Numbered from the stretch's first letter, positions 20,501 to 31,217 are shown. The stretch: 64,000 bases of DNA from Waterburya sp. (GCA_965217895.1 CBDCJV010000002.1:4928001-4992000); one strand, 5' to 3'. Made by a program: numbers and translations. The notes: a model not told the origin generated them from the letters alone.

Positions 20501-20871
20501 GTTGATGAATAGAAATAGATAAGTAAAATTTTGTTTTAGCGTTAGACGTTCAACAACGTCCATTTTTGGCACTAATAACTAAATTTGAACAAGTGTATCT
20601 AGTATCTACTCCTCCAAGAGAAAAAGCGAGAAAGAGAAAAATCAAAGCCGAGTCGAAAGCTAGATTGAGTCAAAATCTTGAGAATTCTACTACACAGTCA
20701 AAGAGTCGCAGTTCTCTTTGCTTAACACAGCAATCAAACTATAAATCAAGTTTTAACGTTAAGCAAATAAGCTACGTAGCAACATAACCAGGCTTTTGTA
20801 AAATAATAATAGGCATAATAGGCAAAGAAAGCAAAACCTCAGTAGAATAATTATGATGTAATGCTTAACCT

Positions 20872-20958
20872 GGAGAGGTGGCAGAGCGGTTGAATGCGGT
20901 AGTCTCGAAAACTATTTGAGGGTCAAACCTCACGGGGGTTCGAATCCCCCCCTCTCCG
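20872..20958 (+). tRNA. tRNA-Ser(CGA)
   Basis: GGAGAGG/CCTCTCC acceptor stem, anticodon loop CT-CGA-AA, long variable arm, GTTCGAATC T-loop. Confidence 0.96.
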
Positions 20959-21120
20959 TTCGCGCTAAACGCGCTCAGCTTAAGGTTTCTCATCAAAGAG
21001 ATTTAATTATTCAAACTTTTGAAAGCGATCGCGTAAGCGCAAGCAAATCGTTAGTAAGTGAACACAGATAACTGATAAGTTGAAAGTTAGTCAATTATCA
21101 AGTTATTTAAGAGGTGGGTA

Positions 21121-22050
21121 ATGCGAATTTTAATGATGGGGGGAACTCGCTTTATTGGGGTTTACCTGACTAAAGTTTTGGTTGAACAAGGACATGAGGT
21201 TGTATTATTCAATCGAGGCAATCATCCTGCACCAGAAAAAGCAACTCAGATTCCAGGCGATCGCCAAGATGCAGCCCAACTGAAAAAGCTGTCAGGTGAA
21301 AGTTTTGATGCCATATTTGACAACAACGGCAGAGAATTAAGTGATACTCAACCTTTGGTGGAAATCTTCAATGGCAAGGTAAAGCATTTTGTCTATGTAA
21401 GTTCGGCTGGGGTATATGCAAAATCTTCTCAAATGCCTCATGTTGAAGGTGATGAGGTAGATCCTAATAGTCGTCATAAAGGTAAACATCATACTGAAGC
21501 CTATTTAGCGGAGTCTGGTATTCCTTGGACTTCTATTCGTCCAGTTTATATTTACGGCCCTCAAAACTATAATGATTTAGAAGCCTGGTTCTTTGATCGT
21601 ATTGTGCGCGATCGCCCGATACCAATTCCAGGTAACGGGATGTTTATTACCCAGTTCGGTCATGTTCAAGACTTGGCTTTGGCAATGGCTGGTGTCTTAG
21701 GTAACGAAACTGCGATTAACAAGATTTATAATATCTCAGGCGATCGCTATGTAACATTCAACGGTTTAGCCTACGCCTGTGCAGAAGCTGCGGGGAAATC
21801 TCCAGAAGATATCAAGCTTGTTCATTACGACCCTAGTAAGTTTGACTTTGGTAAACGCAAGGCTTTTCCCATGCGTCAACAACACTTTTTTGCAGATATA
21901 GATCGAGCAAAAACTGATTTAGATTGGCAACCTAAGTATGACTTGGTATCAGGTTTGGAAGACTCTTTTCAAAATGATTATTTAGCTTCAGGCAGGGATC
22001 ACTCAGAAATTGATTTTTCTTTAGATGAAGAGATATTAGGCAAAATGTAA
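21121..22050 (+). CDS. NAD-dependent epimerase/dehydratase family (CSP41-like)
   Basis: GGTRFIG, SSAGVY, RPVYIYGP, FGKRKAFP. Confidence 0.9.
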   Translation: MRILMMGGTRFIGVYLTKVLVEQGHEVVLFNRGNHPAPEKATQIPGDRQDAAQLKKLSGESFDAIFDNNGRELSDTQPLVEIFNGKVKHFVYVSSAGVYAKSSQMPHVEGDEVDPNSRHKGKHHTEAYLAESGIPWTSIRPVYIYGPQNYNDLEAWFFDRIVRDRPIPIPGNGMFITQFGHVQDLALAMAGVLGNETAINKIYNISGDRYVTFNGLAYACAEAAGKSPEDIKLVHYDPSKFDFGKRKAFPMRQQHFFADIDRAKTDLDWQPKYDLVSGLEDSFQNDYLASGRDHSEIDFSLDEEILGKM

Positions 22051-22547
22051 ATCCAGCCAGAGATTAGGCTAACTGCAACTGCCAACCAAAACAAGACTAT
22101 AGTTAGAGTATTCCATTGAGGAGCTAGGGGAGCAATCAAAAAAGCGATCGCGATAATTTGAACTACAGTTTTAAGCTTCCCCCAGATATTTGCTCCTGAA
22201 ATGCTGCTGTTGCCTGTTAATTTAGGGTTTACTCGCCAACCTGCGATCGCTAATTCTCTGGCTAAAATTAAAAATACTCCCCAGGCAGGAACAAGCTGTA
22301 GCTCAATTAAAGCCAGTAATGTACCCAAAACCAAAAGCTTATCTACCAGAGGATCGAGAAACTTGCCTAATTCCGTTACCAAATCGAGTTTGCGAGCCAG
22401 ATAGCCATCTACCCAATCTGTTCCTGCTGCAACTACAAAAATCCCCACACAGAGCCAACGGTTGACTGGTGTAGGGTCATTAAGTAGGTAAAGAATAAAA
22501 GGAAGTCCTAGAAGACGAGATAGAGTAATCCAAGTGGGAAGATTCAT
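21999..22547 (-). CDS. pgsA: CDP-diacylglycerol--glycerol-3-phosphate 3-phosphatidyltransferase
   Basis: NLPT.IT.SR, D.VDGYLAR, GKFLDPLVDK, GKLKT. Confidence 0.94.
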   Translation of the reverse strand: MNLPTWITLSRLLGLPFILYLLNDPTPVNRWLCVGIFVVAAGTDWVDGYLARKLDLVTELGKFLDPLVDKLLVLGTLLALIELQLVPAWGVFLILARELAIAGWRVNPKLTGNSSISGANIWGKLKTVVQIIAIAFLIAPLAPQWNTLTIVLFWLAVAVSLISGWIYILPNISSSKEKSISE

Positions 22548-22618
22548 AAGCTTGCGCCAAATAATTGAGCATAGAAGCTAAGATCGATCATAGTGTTTTT
22601 TATTTCTATATTCAATTT

Positions 22619-23293
22619 TTAACACGCTCCTTTGCGAGCCAAAACTACGGCAATGGTTTTAATGATTAAGTTGATATCATACAGAAAAGACCATCTTTTT
22701 TGATAATCTAAATCCATAAGAACCACATCTTCAAAATCTTGGATTGTCGAACGACCTTTGACTTGCCATTCCCCTGTGATACCAGGTTTGACTTTTAAAC
22801 GTTGCAGATGATGAGCATCGTACATAGCAACTTCTTCAATAGTGGGAGGACGAGTCCCAACTAGGCTCATCTCACCCTTAAGCACGTTCCAAAATTGAGG
22901 AAATTCATCTAAGCTAGTACGGCGTAGAAAACTACCGATTACAGTAATGCGAGGATCATTGTCGTTTTTGAAAATGTGTCCTTTTGCCTGATTTTTTACC
23001 AGGTGCTTTTTGAGATCTGCATCGGCAATCATCGAGCGAAATTTCCAAATTCTAAAAGGTTTGCCTTCAAAACCACAGCGAATTTGGCTATAAAGAAGCG
23101 CGCCAGGGTCAGTAAACTGCATAGCGATCATTATCGGCATGGCAATAATAGCTGTAAGAATTAGCCCGATAATTGCCCCAAATATGTCTAGTATTCGTTT
23201 AGGTCTGCTGGTTACAGAGGGATGAACTCTACGTCCTAAAGGTAACGGCAGAACTTTTATTTCTCTAAGCTGAAAATTAGCAGGTGAAGTCAT
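22619..23293 (-). CDS. priming sugar transferase (bacterial sugar transferase family)
   Basis: KRILD, KFRSM, DPRIT, SLDEFPQ, MSLVGTRP, KPGITG. Confidence 0.93.
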   Translation of the reverse strand: MTSPANFQLREIKVLPLPLGRRVHPSVTSRPKRILDIFGAIIGLILTAIIAMPIMIAMQFTDPGALLYSQIRCGFEGKPFRIWKFRSMIADADLKKHLVKNQAKGHIFKNDNDPRITVIGSFLRRTSLDEFPQFWNVLKGEMSLVGTRPPTIEEVAMYDAHHLQRLKVKPGITGEWQVKGRSTIQDFEDVVLMDLDYQKRWSFLYDINLIIKTIAVVLARKGAC

Positions 23294-23784
23294 GAAAAAA
23301 ATAATTTATAAAATTGGGTCAAGTCTAAGAATTAATAGATTTTAATTATTATCTTTATGCAATCTTATTTGTTTGACAGTAACTATTGCCAGGAATTAAG
23401 GAGTTCTTCACCAAATCTTCAAAAAATTATCGATAAGTTTAAAGGTTGTATGTTTTTTCAGTATTTAGTCTAATTATTCGATGCTCAAGAATTATCAAAT
23501 TAGATCATTTAACTTAACAAATTTCAAAAGCTCTAAAAAAATATGTCAATATTATGCAGTTTTAAAATAGGCTGACATATATAAAATCGAGAGACTTTAA
23601 TAGCCAAAACATAGTTGTTTATCATATATTTTAATATTAATAGTTTATTTTCTCAAGAGTTTAAAAGATGCTATGGAATCAAATTTGTTTAAATATCTGG
23701 TGCAGATTTAATTATTTCCCTATTTTTGATGATACAAAGGAGATATTTATGATGAACGAAATATAGTAAATAATAGATTTCTTT

Positions 23785-24492
23785 ATGGAAGATCAATCCC
23801 GTTATCTAGAATCTAATATCAATCTTGAAGAACTAATGGCTTTAGTTCCTTTTATGTCTGATTTGCCAGAAGACAGCATACAGAAAATTGCTGGTCATTT
23901 TGTGACCATATCTCATCCAGCTAATCAGGTACTCTTACTCGAAAATGATTGGGGCGGCTCAGTCTATTTTATTTTGGAGGGATGGGTGAAAATTCGTACC
24001 TACAATCTGGACGGCAAAGAAGTAACCCTTAATATCATCGGCAGAGGCGAAATTTTTGGAGAAATGGCTGCCATGGATAAAATGCCGCGCTCGACTGATG
24101 CTATTACCTTAACCAAGACTTTGATTGGTAGAATACCAGCAGAAGATTTTGTCAATTTGATTAACAACGAGCCTATGGCTGGAGTTCGCCTAGTTCAGTT
24201 AATGGCAAAGCGTTTACGCCAAGTTAACCGCAGACTTCAACTTAGAGAGGCAAACAGCATTTCTAGAGTTGCCGATGCAATTTTGTTTTTGGTTGAAGAA
24301 CAGGGTACAGAAGGGGAAAAAGGTACAGAAATACCCAACCTACCCCATCGAGAAATTAGCAGTCTAAGCGGATTAGCTAGAGAAACCGTAACTAGAGTTT
24401 TGACTAAGCTAGAAAAAAAGGGCTTGATTCAAAGAGATGCTGACTCAATGCGTATTCCCGATTTGCCCGCTTTAGAAGACACCATCTGTTAA
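23785..24492 (+). CDS. Crp/Fnr family regulator (cAMP receptor protein-like)
   Basis: FGEM...RS cyclic-nucleotide pocket and RETVTR recognition helix. Confidence 0.9.
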   Translation: MEDQSRYLESNINLEELMALVPFMSDLPEDSIQKIAGHFVTISHPANQVLLLENDWGGSVYFILEGWVKIRTYNLDGKEVTLNIIGRGEIFGEMAAMDKMPRSTDAITLTKTLIGRIPAEDFVNLINNEPMAGVRLVQLMAKRLRQVNRRLQLREANSISRVADAILFLVEEQGTEGEKGTEIPNLPHREISSLSGLARETVTRVLTKLEKKGLIQRDADSMRIPDLPALEDTIC

Positions 24493-24558
24493 GATACTCA
24501 GATCTCCTAATATTTATTTATCTATAATTTTTGTTGGTTAAATCAACTAGATAACCTT

Positions 24559-25302
24559 ATGTCTACAGAAGACCATAAAAACTCATCCTTTGATGATGAG
24601 GTTAACTGGGTCGATCAAGAGGATTCTGAGCTACCTCAATCTGGCGAATTAAAATCTTCCCAGTCAAAAACCAAGCAGGTCAAAACTCCGACCAACACGA
24701 TAGTGATGGTCGAAACTGCCTTTTTAGCTAGCGCAGCTAGTTTGGTGTGGTTAATTAATTTTTATTTTCCTGTTGGACCTGTTTTAAAAGTTTTCTTTCC
24801 TATTCCTATTGCCTTAATTTATTTAAGACGGGGTAATCGCGCTTCTTGGATGGCAGCAATTGTTTCAGGGTTATTACTTTTAGTCTTGATGGGGCCTACT
24901 CGTAGCATTATTTTTTTAATGCCTTATGGTTTGATGGGTGTGCTATTGGGAGCTTGTTGGCAACGTCAGGTAAGTTGGCTAGTCTCGATTGTTTTTGGTG
25001 CAGCTATCGGCTCTTTAGGGATATTTTTTCGCTTTTGGCTGACTTCAATACTTGTAGGAGAAAATCTCTGGATATATGTGATTACTCAAATTACTCAATT
25101 AGCAGACTGGCTATTTTTAAAACTAGGGATTTTGGCTGAGCCTAATTTTATCTTGATTCAAACTTTGGCTTTTGGCTTGATTATAGTTAACAATCTGGTT
25201 TATTTGTTTGCTGTTCATTTGGTAGCTTTAATGCTGCTAGATCGTCTTGATAATCCTATTTCTCGCCCTCCTGAATGGGTTAGAGTGTTACTAGATTATT
25301 AA
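24559..25302 (+). CDS. DUF2232 membrane protein
   Basis: MVETAFLAS, FPIPIAL, LMGPTRS; multi-TM. Confidence 0.82.
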   Translation: MSTEDHKNSSFDDEVNWVDQEDSELPQSGELKSSQSKTKQVKTPTNTIVMVETAFLASAASLVWLINFYFPVGPVLKVFFPIPIALIYLRRGNRASWMAAIVSGLLLLVLMGPTRSIIFLMPYGLMGVLLGACWQRQVSWLVSIVFGAAIGSLGIFFRFWLTSILVGENLWIYVITQITQLADWLFLKLGILAEPNFILIQTLAFGLIIVNNLVYLFAVHLVALMLLDRLDNPISRPPEWVRVLLDY

Positions 25303-25320
25303 TTAGAAAGTTTAGAGCTT

Positions 25321-25508
25321 ATACTAAATTCGATTGGGAAAAGTATTTTAAATATTAAGTTTGTAGTTTGTGGTTAGTCGTTTGTAGTTTAAAAAACTAC
25401 ATGCACACGCGCTTCGCGTGTCGCCGTTCTAAAAGAACGTCGGCGAACTCCAGTTCGCACTACATACTACCCAACAGTTAACTAACCTACGCCAACAGGA
25501 TTTAGTAT
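25321..25508. mobile_element. MITE (188 bp) with 8-bp TSD and nested triple-hairpin insert
   Basis: TIR ATACTAAATTCGATTGG / CCAACAGGATTTAGTAT; TSD TAGAGCTT at 25313-25320 and 25509-25516. Confidence 0.85.
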
Positions 25509-25523
25509 TAGAGCTTCGCAAAA

Positions 25524-26636
25524 ATGATTCATGTTTATACTCAGCTACGCTCAGGAGTTAATTGGTTAAGAAAATATCAGCAAAAAAAGCCTAGTTTCGC
25601 CTGTATTTTGGGCTTTACCGCCACGGGACTAATTCCTGGTATTTCCGCTGCGGGTGCAACGCCACAGGAGCGAGAGTATACAGCGATCGCTGATGCTGAA
25701 TTTTTAGATAAGGGAGTACAAAAGAATTACCAACATCCTTTGCCTATACTGACGGCAGGAGTGTCTCCTACCTTTATTTCTCGCGGGATAGTAGAAGCGT
25801 TAAATATACCAACCTATATTTTTAATGCTGGTTTGCCCCATCCACCAACCGCAAATACTATTGACCTTCAAGGAATCCCTGCTGCTTGCGTTTCTTCAGG
25901 TCAAGCCTTGCCTCTGGAAAAGGTTCATCACCTATTTAAAAAGGGTCAGGAGTGGGGCGAAAAACTAGCTAGCACGACTGATTATTTGATTATTGGTGAA
26001 TGTGTTGTCGGTGGCACAACTACTGCACTGGCTATATTAACGGCTTTAGGAATAGAGGCAAAGGGAATGGTTAATAGTAGTCATCCTCACTGCAATCATG
26101 CTCAAAAGTGGTCTGTAGTTAAAACTGGCTTAGATAGAGCAGGTTTATTAAATCAGTTTAACGATCCTTTTACAGCCGTAGCAGCAGTAGGAGATCCGAT
26201 GCAAATTGTGGTAGCAGGGATGGCACTGGCGGCTAGTCTCCAGGCGGGAGTGATGTTGGCAGGTGGAACACAAATGCTGGGGGTGTATGCTCTGATTAAA
26301 GCGATCGCCAAACAGAATAACGTATCGACTCGACTGTCTCAAATTGTAGTGGGTACAACTCGCTGGGTAGCAGAAGATCCTACAGGCAACACAGTCGAGT
26401 TGGCTAGAACTGTCGGTGGAGTCCCCCTATTAGCTACTGGGTTAAATTTTGCCACTTCTCGCTACCCTAGTTTTCGTGCCTATGCACAAGGATATGTCAA
26501 AGAAGGTGTTGGGGCTGGTGGCTGCGCGATCGCTGCTCACCTCTCGCAAAATTGGACTCCTACTCAGTTGCTTACCATTATTGAAACCTTATTTGCTTGT
26601 TATCGCTACTCAAGAATGGATTCTATAGGTCAATAA
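25524..26636 (+). CDS. cobT: nicotinate mononucleotide-dependent phosphoribosyltransferase (cyanobacterial/archaeal type)
   Basis: PGISAAG, GECVVGGTTTA, GDPMQ, LAGGTQM, KEGVGAGG. Confidence 0.88.
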   Translation: MIHVYTQLRSGVNWLRKYQQKKPSFACILGFTATGLIPGISAAGATPQEREYTAIADAEFLDKGVQKNYQHPLPILTAGVSPTFISRGIVEALNIPTYIFNAGLPHPPTANTIDLQGIPAACVSSGQALPLEKVHHLFKKGQEWGEKLASTTDYLIIGECVVGGTTTALAILTALGIEAKGMVNSSHPHCNHAQKWSVVKTGLDRAGLLNQFNDPFTAVAAVGDPMQIVVAGMALAASLQAGVMLAGGTQMLGVYALIKAIAKQNNVSTRLSQIVVGTTRWVAEDPTGNTVELARTVGGVPLLATGLNFATSRYPSFRAYAQGYVKEGVGAGGCAIAAHLSQNWTPTQLLTIIETLFACYRYSRMDSIGQ

Positions 26637-26987
26637 CTGTTCTTCTAAAGCTGCAATACGATTGTATGCTGCGGTAAGCTGTGCTGTTAAACGGCGAATT
26701 TGGGTATCGGGAGCTAAATTTTCGCTGTTAGAATTAGCACTGCTGGTACTGCTAGTATCGTCTACCAAAACATCTTTATGAGTAAGCTGATAGTCTAATT
26801 TTCCATGCCGATTTGTAAACCCAACTGCGCCTGAAGCAAAGTTTGGTAGAGAATAAGAATCATGCTCTGTGCGCTTTGGCTGCTGAGAACTTAATTCTTT
26901 AACTTGGGTGCCAATTTGCTCAATCAACTGGTGTAATGTATCTATTTTTGCTCGTAGTTCGCTGATTTGTATTTGCAATGTATCCAT
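26610..26987 (-). CDS. conserved cyanobacterial coiled-coil hypothetical protein
   Basis: HKDVL and QIRRLTAQLTAAYNRIAALEEQL motifs. Confidence 0.75.
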   Translation of the reverse strand: MDTLQIQISELRAKIDTLHQLIEQIGTQVKELSSQQPKRTEHDSYSLPNFASGAVGFTNRHGKLDYQLTHKDVLVDDTSSTSSANSNSENLAPDTQIRRLTAQLTAAYNRIAALEEQLLTYRIHS

Positions 26988-27218
26988 ATAATTTTGGGCA
27001 TTTATTTATGATTATGTTTTATATGCTAAAAGCATTGTTTAAAAAAAATACTACTATTCCTGATTCATTTAATAATTGCTCAATTTATGGGTAAAAATAT
27101 TAAAACTACTTAAAAACGCCAAAATTAGCTAAAAACCGTTAATTAATCTATCTATGGTCTACCAAAAACAGTAGGTTTCACCTAAGTATTTATACTCTTA
27201 TATTTTTAGTTTTGAATC

Positions 27219-28409
27219 TTGATGAATTATCAGCTATCTCGACGTTCTTTTATCCACGCTACTACTTTTATAGCTTTAACTCAGGCAATATCAGGATGTA
27301 GCAATCGCGAAGCAGCTTTCAAAATATTATTTCTCGAAAATTCTATTCCGCCACAGTTAATTAAAGACTTTCATCAGGCAATTAATGAGCAGGTAAGAGT
27401 AAATTTTCAACCTCAAGCTCAACTAGAACAAATTTTTGATTCACTTTTAAATTTGCATCAGGGCAAAGAGTCAGACGCAGAGAGAACTTTATTTGATCAA
27501 ATTCTCAGCAGACCCTCAATCTATCCGAGTTTGACTACTCTAGGAGATTTCTGGATATCTTCAGCAATTAAGCAAAATCTGATTCAACCTTTAGCAATCA
27601 ATGACTTAGCTAGCTGGCAAAAATTACCCGCTATTTGGCAAAAAATAGTTCAACGCAATGACCAAGGGAACTTGGCTGCTGATGGTAAAATTTGGGGCGC
27701 ACCTTATCGTTGGGGAAGCACGGTAATTGCCTATCAAAGTAAAAAGCTAGACAAAATCGGTTTGACAATTAAAGATTGGCAGGATCTTTGGCAACCAAAA
27801 TTACGCGATCGCCTTTCTCTTTTAGACTCTCCCAGAGAAACTATTGGTTTGACTTTGAAAAAATTAGGGCATTCTTACAATACCGATAACTTAAGCTCTG
27901 TACCCGAACTAGAAACAGAATTATTAGCATTACATAAACAAACAAAATTATACAGTTCAGATCGTTATTTAGAACCATTAATATTAGGTGATACCTGGGT
28001 AGCTGTTGCTTGGTCTACGGATATACTTCCCTTGCTTAAACGTTATCCTGATATCAAGTTAGCAATTCCCGCCTCTGGAGCTTCTTTATGGACAGATATT
28101 TGGGTAAAACCTCAAGTATCAAAACTAACAAACAATAGCAATTCTTTTAAGACCATTGCCGAATGGATTGACTTTTGTTGGCAACCAAAAGCAGCAGAAC
28201 AAATATCTTTATTTACTGATGGGATTTCACCAATTCTGTCAACCATCAAACCAAAAGAATTACCTTCAGATTTGAAAGATAATCTGCTGTCAAATTCTCA
28301 GGTTTTACATTCGCCAAAGAGCGAGTTTTTATTACCTTTGTCGGCAAAAACAGAACAACAATATCGAGATTTATGGCTTAAAATTCGGCAATCTGGAGAA
28401 AAGGGATGA
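27219..28409 (+). CDS. polyamine ABC transporter substrate-binding protein (PotD-like)
   Basis: SRRSF Tat-like signal plus lipobox, APYRWG, WQDLW, AWSTD. Confidence 0.85.
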   Translation: MMNYQLSRRSFIHATTFIALTQAISGCSNREAAFKILFLENSIPPQLIKDFHQAINEQVRVNFQPQAQLEQIFDSLLNLHQGKESDAERTLFDQILSRPSIYPSLTTLGDFWISSAIKQNLIQPLAINDLASWQKLPAIWQKIVQRNDQGNLAADGKIWGAPYRWGSTVIAYQSKKLDKIGLTIKDWQDLWQPKLRDRLSLLDSPRETIGLTLKKLGHSYNTDNLSSVPELETELLALHKQTKLYSSDRYLEPLILGDTWVAVAWSTDILPLLKRYPDIKLAIPASGASLWTDIWVKPQVSKLTNNSNSFKTIAEWIDFCWQPKAAEQISLFTDGISPILSTIKPKELPSDLKDNLLSNSQVLHSPKSEFLLPLSAKTEQQYRDLWLKIRQSGEKG

Positions 28410-28419
28410 GGGATAGGGG

Positions 28420-29886
28420 ATGAGGGAAGAGGAGAAAATAAACAGAGATACTAATCACGAGGCTATTAAAGAGAAGTTTAAACAAGTTTGGGGATATGAG
28501 GACTTTAGACCGCCCCAAGGAGAGATCATAAATACTCTTTTAGCTGGTCGAGATGCTTTTATTATTTTGCCTACTGGTGGCGGTAAATCAATTTGCTTTC
28601 AGTTACCTGCGCTGTTGCAAACAGGTTTAACGCTGGTGGTTTCTCCTTTAGTTGCCCTAATGGAAAATCAGGTTAACCAGTTAAAACATCTGGGACTATC
28701 TGGGGCATTGTTACACAGTGAGTTGTCTAGAAGTGAAAAGCAAAAAACTTTACAAGCAATCGAACAGCAAAAACTGAGCCTTTTGTATTTATCTCCTGAA
28801 ACTTTATTGAGTATTCCAGTTTGGAAAATTATCTCCCAACCAAAAGTTAAAATTACGGGGATCATCTTAGATGAGGTACACTGCTTAACTCAGTGGGGAA
28901 CTACTTTTCGCCCTGCTTATCGTCGTTTGGGGGCGGTGCGCCCTAGCTTATTAAAATCTAAGCCTACTGGCACAAAAATTGCGATCGCCGCTTTTACCGC
29001 GACAGCCGATCCTCAAGCACAGCAAGAGATTATTAAAGCTTTGGAGTTAAAGCAGCCTGAGACTTTTTTAGTTAGTCCTTACCGATCTAATCTCAGTTTA
29101 AACATTAAAACGGTCTGGACACCCAAAGGCAGAAAACAAAAGATGTTGCAGTTTATTCAAGCTAAACAAAAGCGATCTGGTTTAGTATATGTTCGCTCTC
29201 GTCAAGACAGCCAAGCTTTAGCAAGATGGTTTCAATCTTTGAGTTATTCTGTTGCTGCATACCATGCAGGGTTAATTACGACTGAAAGAAGAAAAATTGA
29301 ACAAGACTGGATCTCAGGCAAAATTCAGTTTGTAATTTGCACATCGGCTTTTGGTATGGGGATCGATAAACCAGATGTAGCTTTTGTCGTTCATTATCAT
29401 GCACCCGAATTATTAGCTGAATATATCCAAGAAGTCGGCAGAGGTGGCAGAAATGGTCAACCAGCCGAGGCTTTGACTCTAATTAGCGAACCTACTGGCT
29501 TATTAAACCCTGAAGATAAGCAGCGAAGTCAGTTTTTTAACCGTAAATTAGAACAACAGTATCGCGCCTCACAGCAGCTAATTAAACATCTACCCAGCCA
29601 AGGGGAGGTTGCCAAGATTAAAGAACAGTTTCCCCAAGGAGAAATTGCTCTAGGTATTTTGCACAGCTTGGGTTTAGTAGCTTGGCAAGATCCATTTCAT
29701 TACTGCAAACGCTCATCTAATTTAGCCATTGACAGCTTGGCTGCCAATCAAAAACATCACCAAAATCAAATGCAGCAATATCTAAAAACTAAGCAATGTC
29801 TTTGGCGGTATTTATTACAGGCTTTTGGATTTGAGCGAGAAGCACAAGGGTTTAGATGTGGTAATTGTGGTAACTGTCGCCAATAA
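28420..29886 (+). CDS. recQ: RecQ family ATP-dependent DNA helicase
   Basis: PTGGGKS, DEVH, TATA, AFGMGIDKPD, QEVGRGGR, C-terminal CGNC Zn site. Confidence 0.93.
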   Translation: MREEEKINRDTNHEAIKEKFKQVWGYEDFRPPQGEIINTLLAGRDAFIILPTGGGKSICFQLPALLQTGLTLVVSPLVALMENQVNQLKHLGLSGALLHSELSRSEKQKTLQAIEQQKLSLLYLSPETLLSIPVWKIISQPKVKITGIILDEVHCLTQWGTTFRPAYRRLGAVRPSLLKSKPTGTKIAIAAFTATADPQAQQEIIKALELKQPETFLVSPYRSNLSLNIKTVWTPKGRKQKMLQFIQAKQKRSGLVYVRSRQDSQALARWFQSLSYSVAAYHAGLITTERRKIEQDWISGKIQFVICTSAFGMGIDKPDVAFVVHYHAPELLAEYIQEVGRGGRNGQPAEALTLISEPTGLLNPEDKQRSQFFNRKLEQQYRASQQLIKHLPSQGEVAKIKEQFPQGEIALGILHSLGLVAWQDPFHYCKRSSNLAIDSLAANQKHHQNQMQQYLKTKQCLWRYLLQAFGFEREAQGFRCGNCGNCRQ

Positions 29887-29970
29887 ATTTAGTTAAATTA
29901 ATCAAGCTTCTACTTTAGCAACGCGATCGCTGCTTTAATTAAGAAAGGGTTAAAAAAAATTTTTGGTTGA

Positions 29971-30882
29971 ATGGAACAGTCTGAAGCAGTTAATAAAGAC
30001 GAACAAGAAAATATATTATCTCAAGTAGAAGCAAAATTATCTCAGTATCATTCTGCCTCAACATCAAAAATATCAAATTCAGAAATAGTCTCTAATCCTT
30101 TCTTAAGACAATACATTTTATTAGGATTTGCTGCCAAAGGAGTTGTTTACTTTTTGATTGGCATTCTAGCGATTGAAGCAGCAATCTTGCCAGAAAAAAA
30201 GGCAGCAGGAACTTACACTGCTTTAAAACACCTATCAAGACAGCCTTTAGGCAGCGTAATCTTGTGCCTATTGTCAGTTGCCTTGCTTGGCTACGTAATA
30301 CGTCGGTTACTTCAGGCAATAATTTATCCTGGACACGCTGCAAATTTTAGTTATCAAGGCATATTGCAAAGAATGGGCTATATAATGAGTAGCTTGAGTT
30401 ATGCTGGGATAGCCTATTCAGCGTTGAACGTGGTCTTTAAATTGGGAAAATATGACGATAAAATTAAGCACTCGGTAGAAAAGTTATTTGAGCAGCCAAT
30501 TATAGGAGAAGCTATAGTTTTGATGGCAGGGATTGCCGTAACTGGCGTGGGAATTGCCTATCTTCAAGGTGCTTATACTGGTTCGTATATTAGTAAATTC
30601 ACCTCAGCTAATATGGATCATCGATTAGAATACTGTGCTAGGCTGATGGGAAAAATTGGCATAGCAGCCAGAGGTATTGCTTTTATAATCACTGGTGGTT
30701 GTTTGATTCTCGCTTCGGTTGCGTCTGATTCCAACTTTGCAGGAGGGCTACAACACGCTTTTCGGCTTTTAGCAGCACAACCTTTTGGCTGGTTATGGTT
30801 GGGATTAATTGGCAGTGGATTTATTGCCTACGGAATATATATGCTAATTGCTGCTAGATATCGGCTTTATACTATCAGGTAA
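29971..30882 (+). CDS. DUF1206 membrane protein
   Basis: GFAAKGVVY, L.RQPLG, GIAARG, LAAQPFG repeats. Confidence 0.82.
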   Translation: MEQSEAVNKDEQENILSQVEAKLSQYHSASTSKISNSEIVSNPFLRQYILLGFAAKGVVYFLIGILAIEAAILPEKKAAGTYTALKHLSRQPLGSVILCLLSVALLGYVIRRLLQAIIYPGHAANFSYQGILQRMGYIMSSLSYAGIAYSALNVVFKLGKYDDKIKHSVEKLFEQPIIGEAIVLMAGIAVTGVGIAYLQGAYTGSYISKFTSANMDHRLEYCARLMGKIGIAARGIAFIITGGCLILASVASDSNFAGGLQHAFRLLAAQPFGWLWLGLIGSGFIAYGIYMLIAARYRLYTIR

Positions 30883-30921
30883 AGGATTGATGACTGCAAC
30901 CACGTCTGCACTTTTTTTATG

Positions 30922-30965
30922 GTGTAGTTAAATATACTCAACAGTGTAGTTGAATATACTTAATA
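30922..30965. promoter_or_regulatory. tandem 22-bp repeat, each copy holding a GTA-N8-TAC (NtcA-type) box
   Basis: GTAGTTAAATATAC 30924-30937 and GTAGTTGAATATAC 30946-30959. Confidence 0.5.
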
Positions 30966-31217
30966 GTTATGTTATTTAAATATCAACACCGTAGAAAAAA
31001 GTAATAGCGAGCTTTTATTTATAGTCTTTTAAATTTAAACAGAAAAGTATTACCTGCTACTTTATATGCAAAATAATGTGTTCAAAATCACTTTTGGTCT
31101 ATAAGTATTTTGAAATAAAAAAAGTTTGTTGTTCTCAAACTTACAATTTGCTGTTGTCATTTTGAAAGAAAGAACATATAAATAAGAAAGTTTATTCAAT
31201 AGGGAGTGTTTTAGATT

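Noticed and set aside
20566..20787. 73-aa ORF upstream of the tRNA
   Set aside because: TTG start, no RBS or recognisable motif; unsupported
20872..21120. tRNA-Ser as an integration site
   Set aside because: No integrase nearby and no duplicated tRNA 3' end seen; core genes follow
21999..22050. Convergent overlap of the epimerase and pgsA (similarly cobT with its neighbour)
   Set aside because: Short tail-to-tail overlaps are common; no evidence of special function
26669..26685. CTGCGGTAAGCTGTGCT resembling the 21-nt HIP1 insert
   Set aside because: Not flanked by a split HIP1 and encodes the conserved AQLTAA motif; likely coincidence
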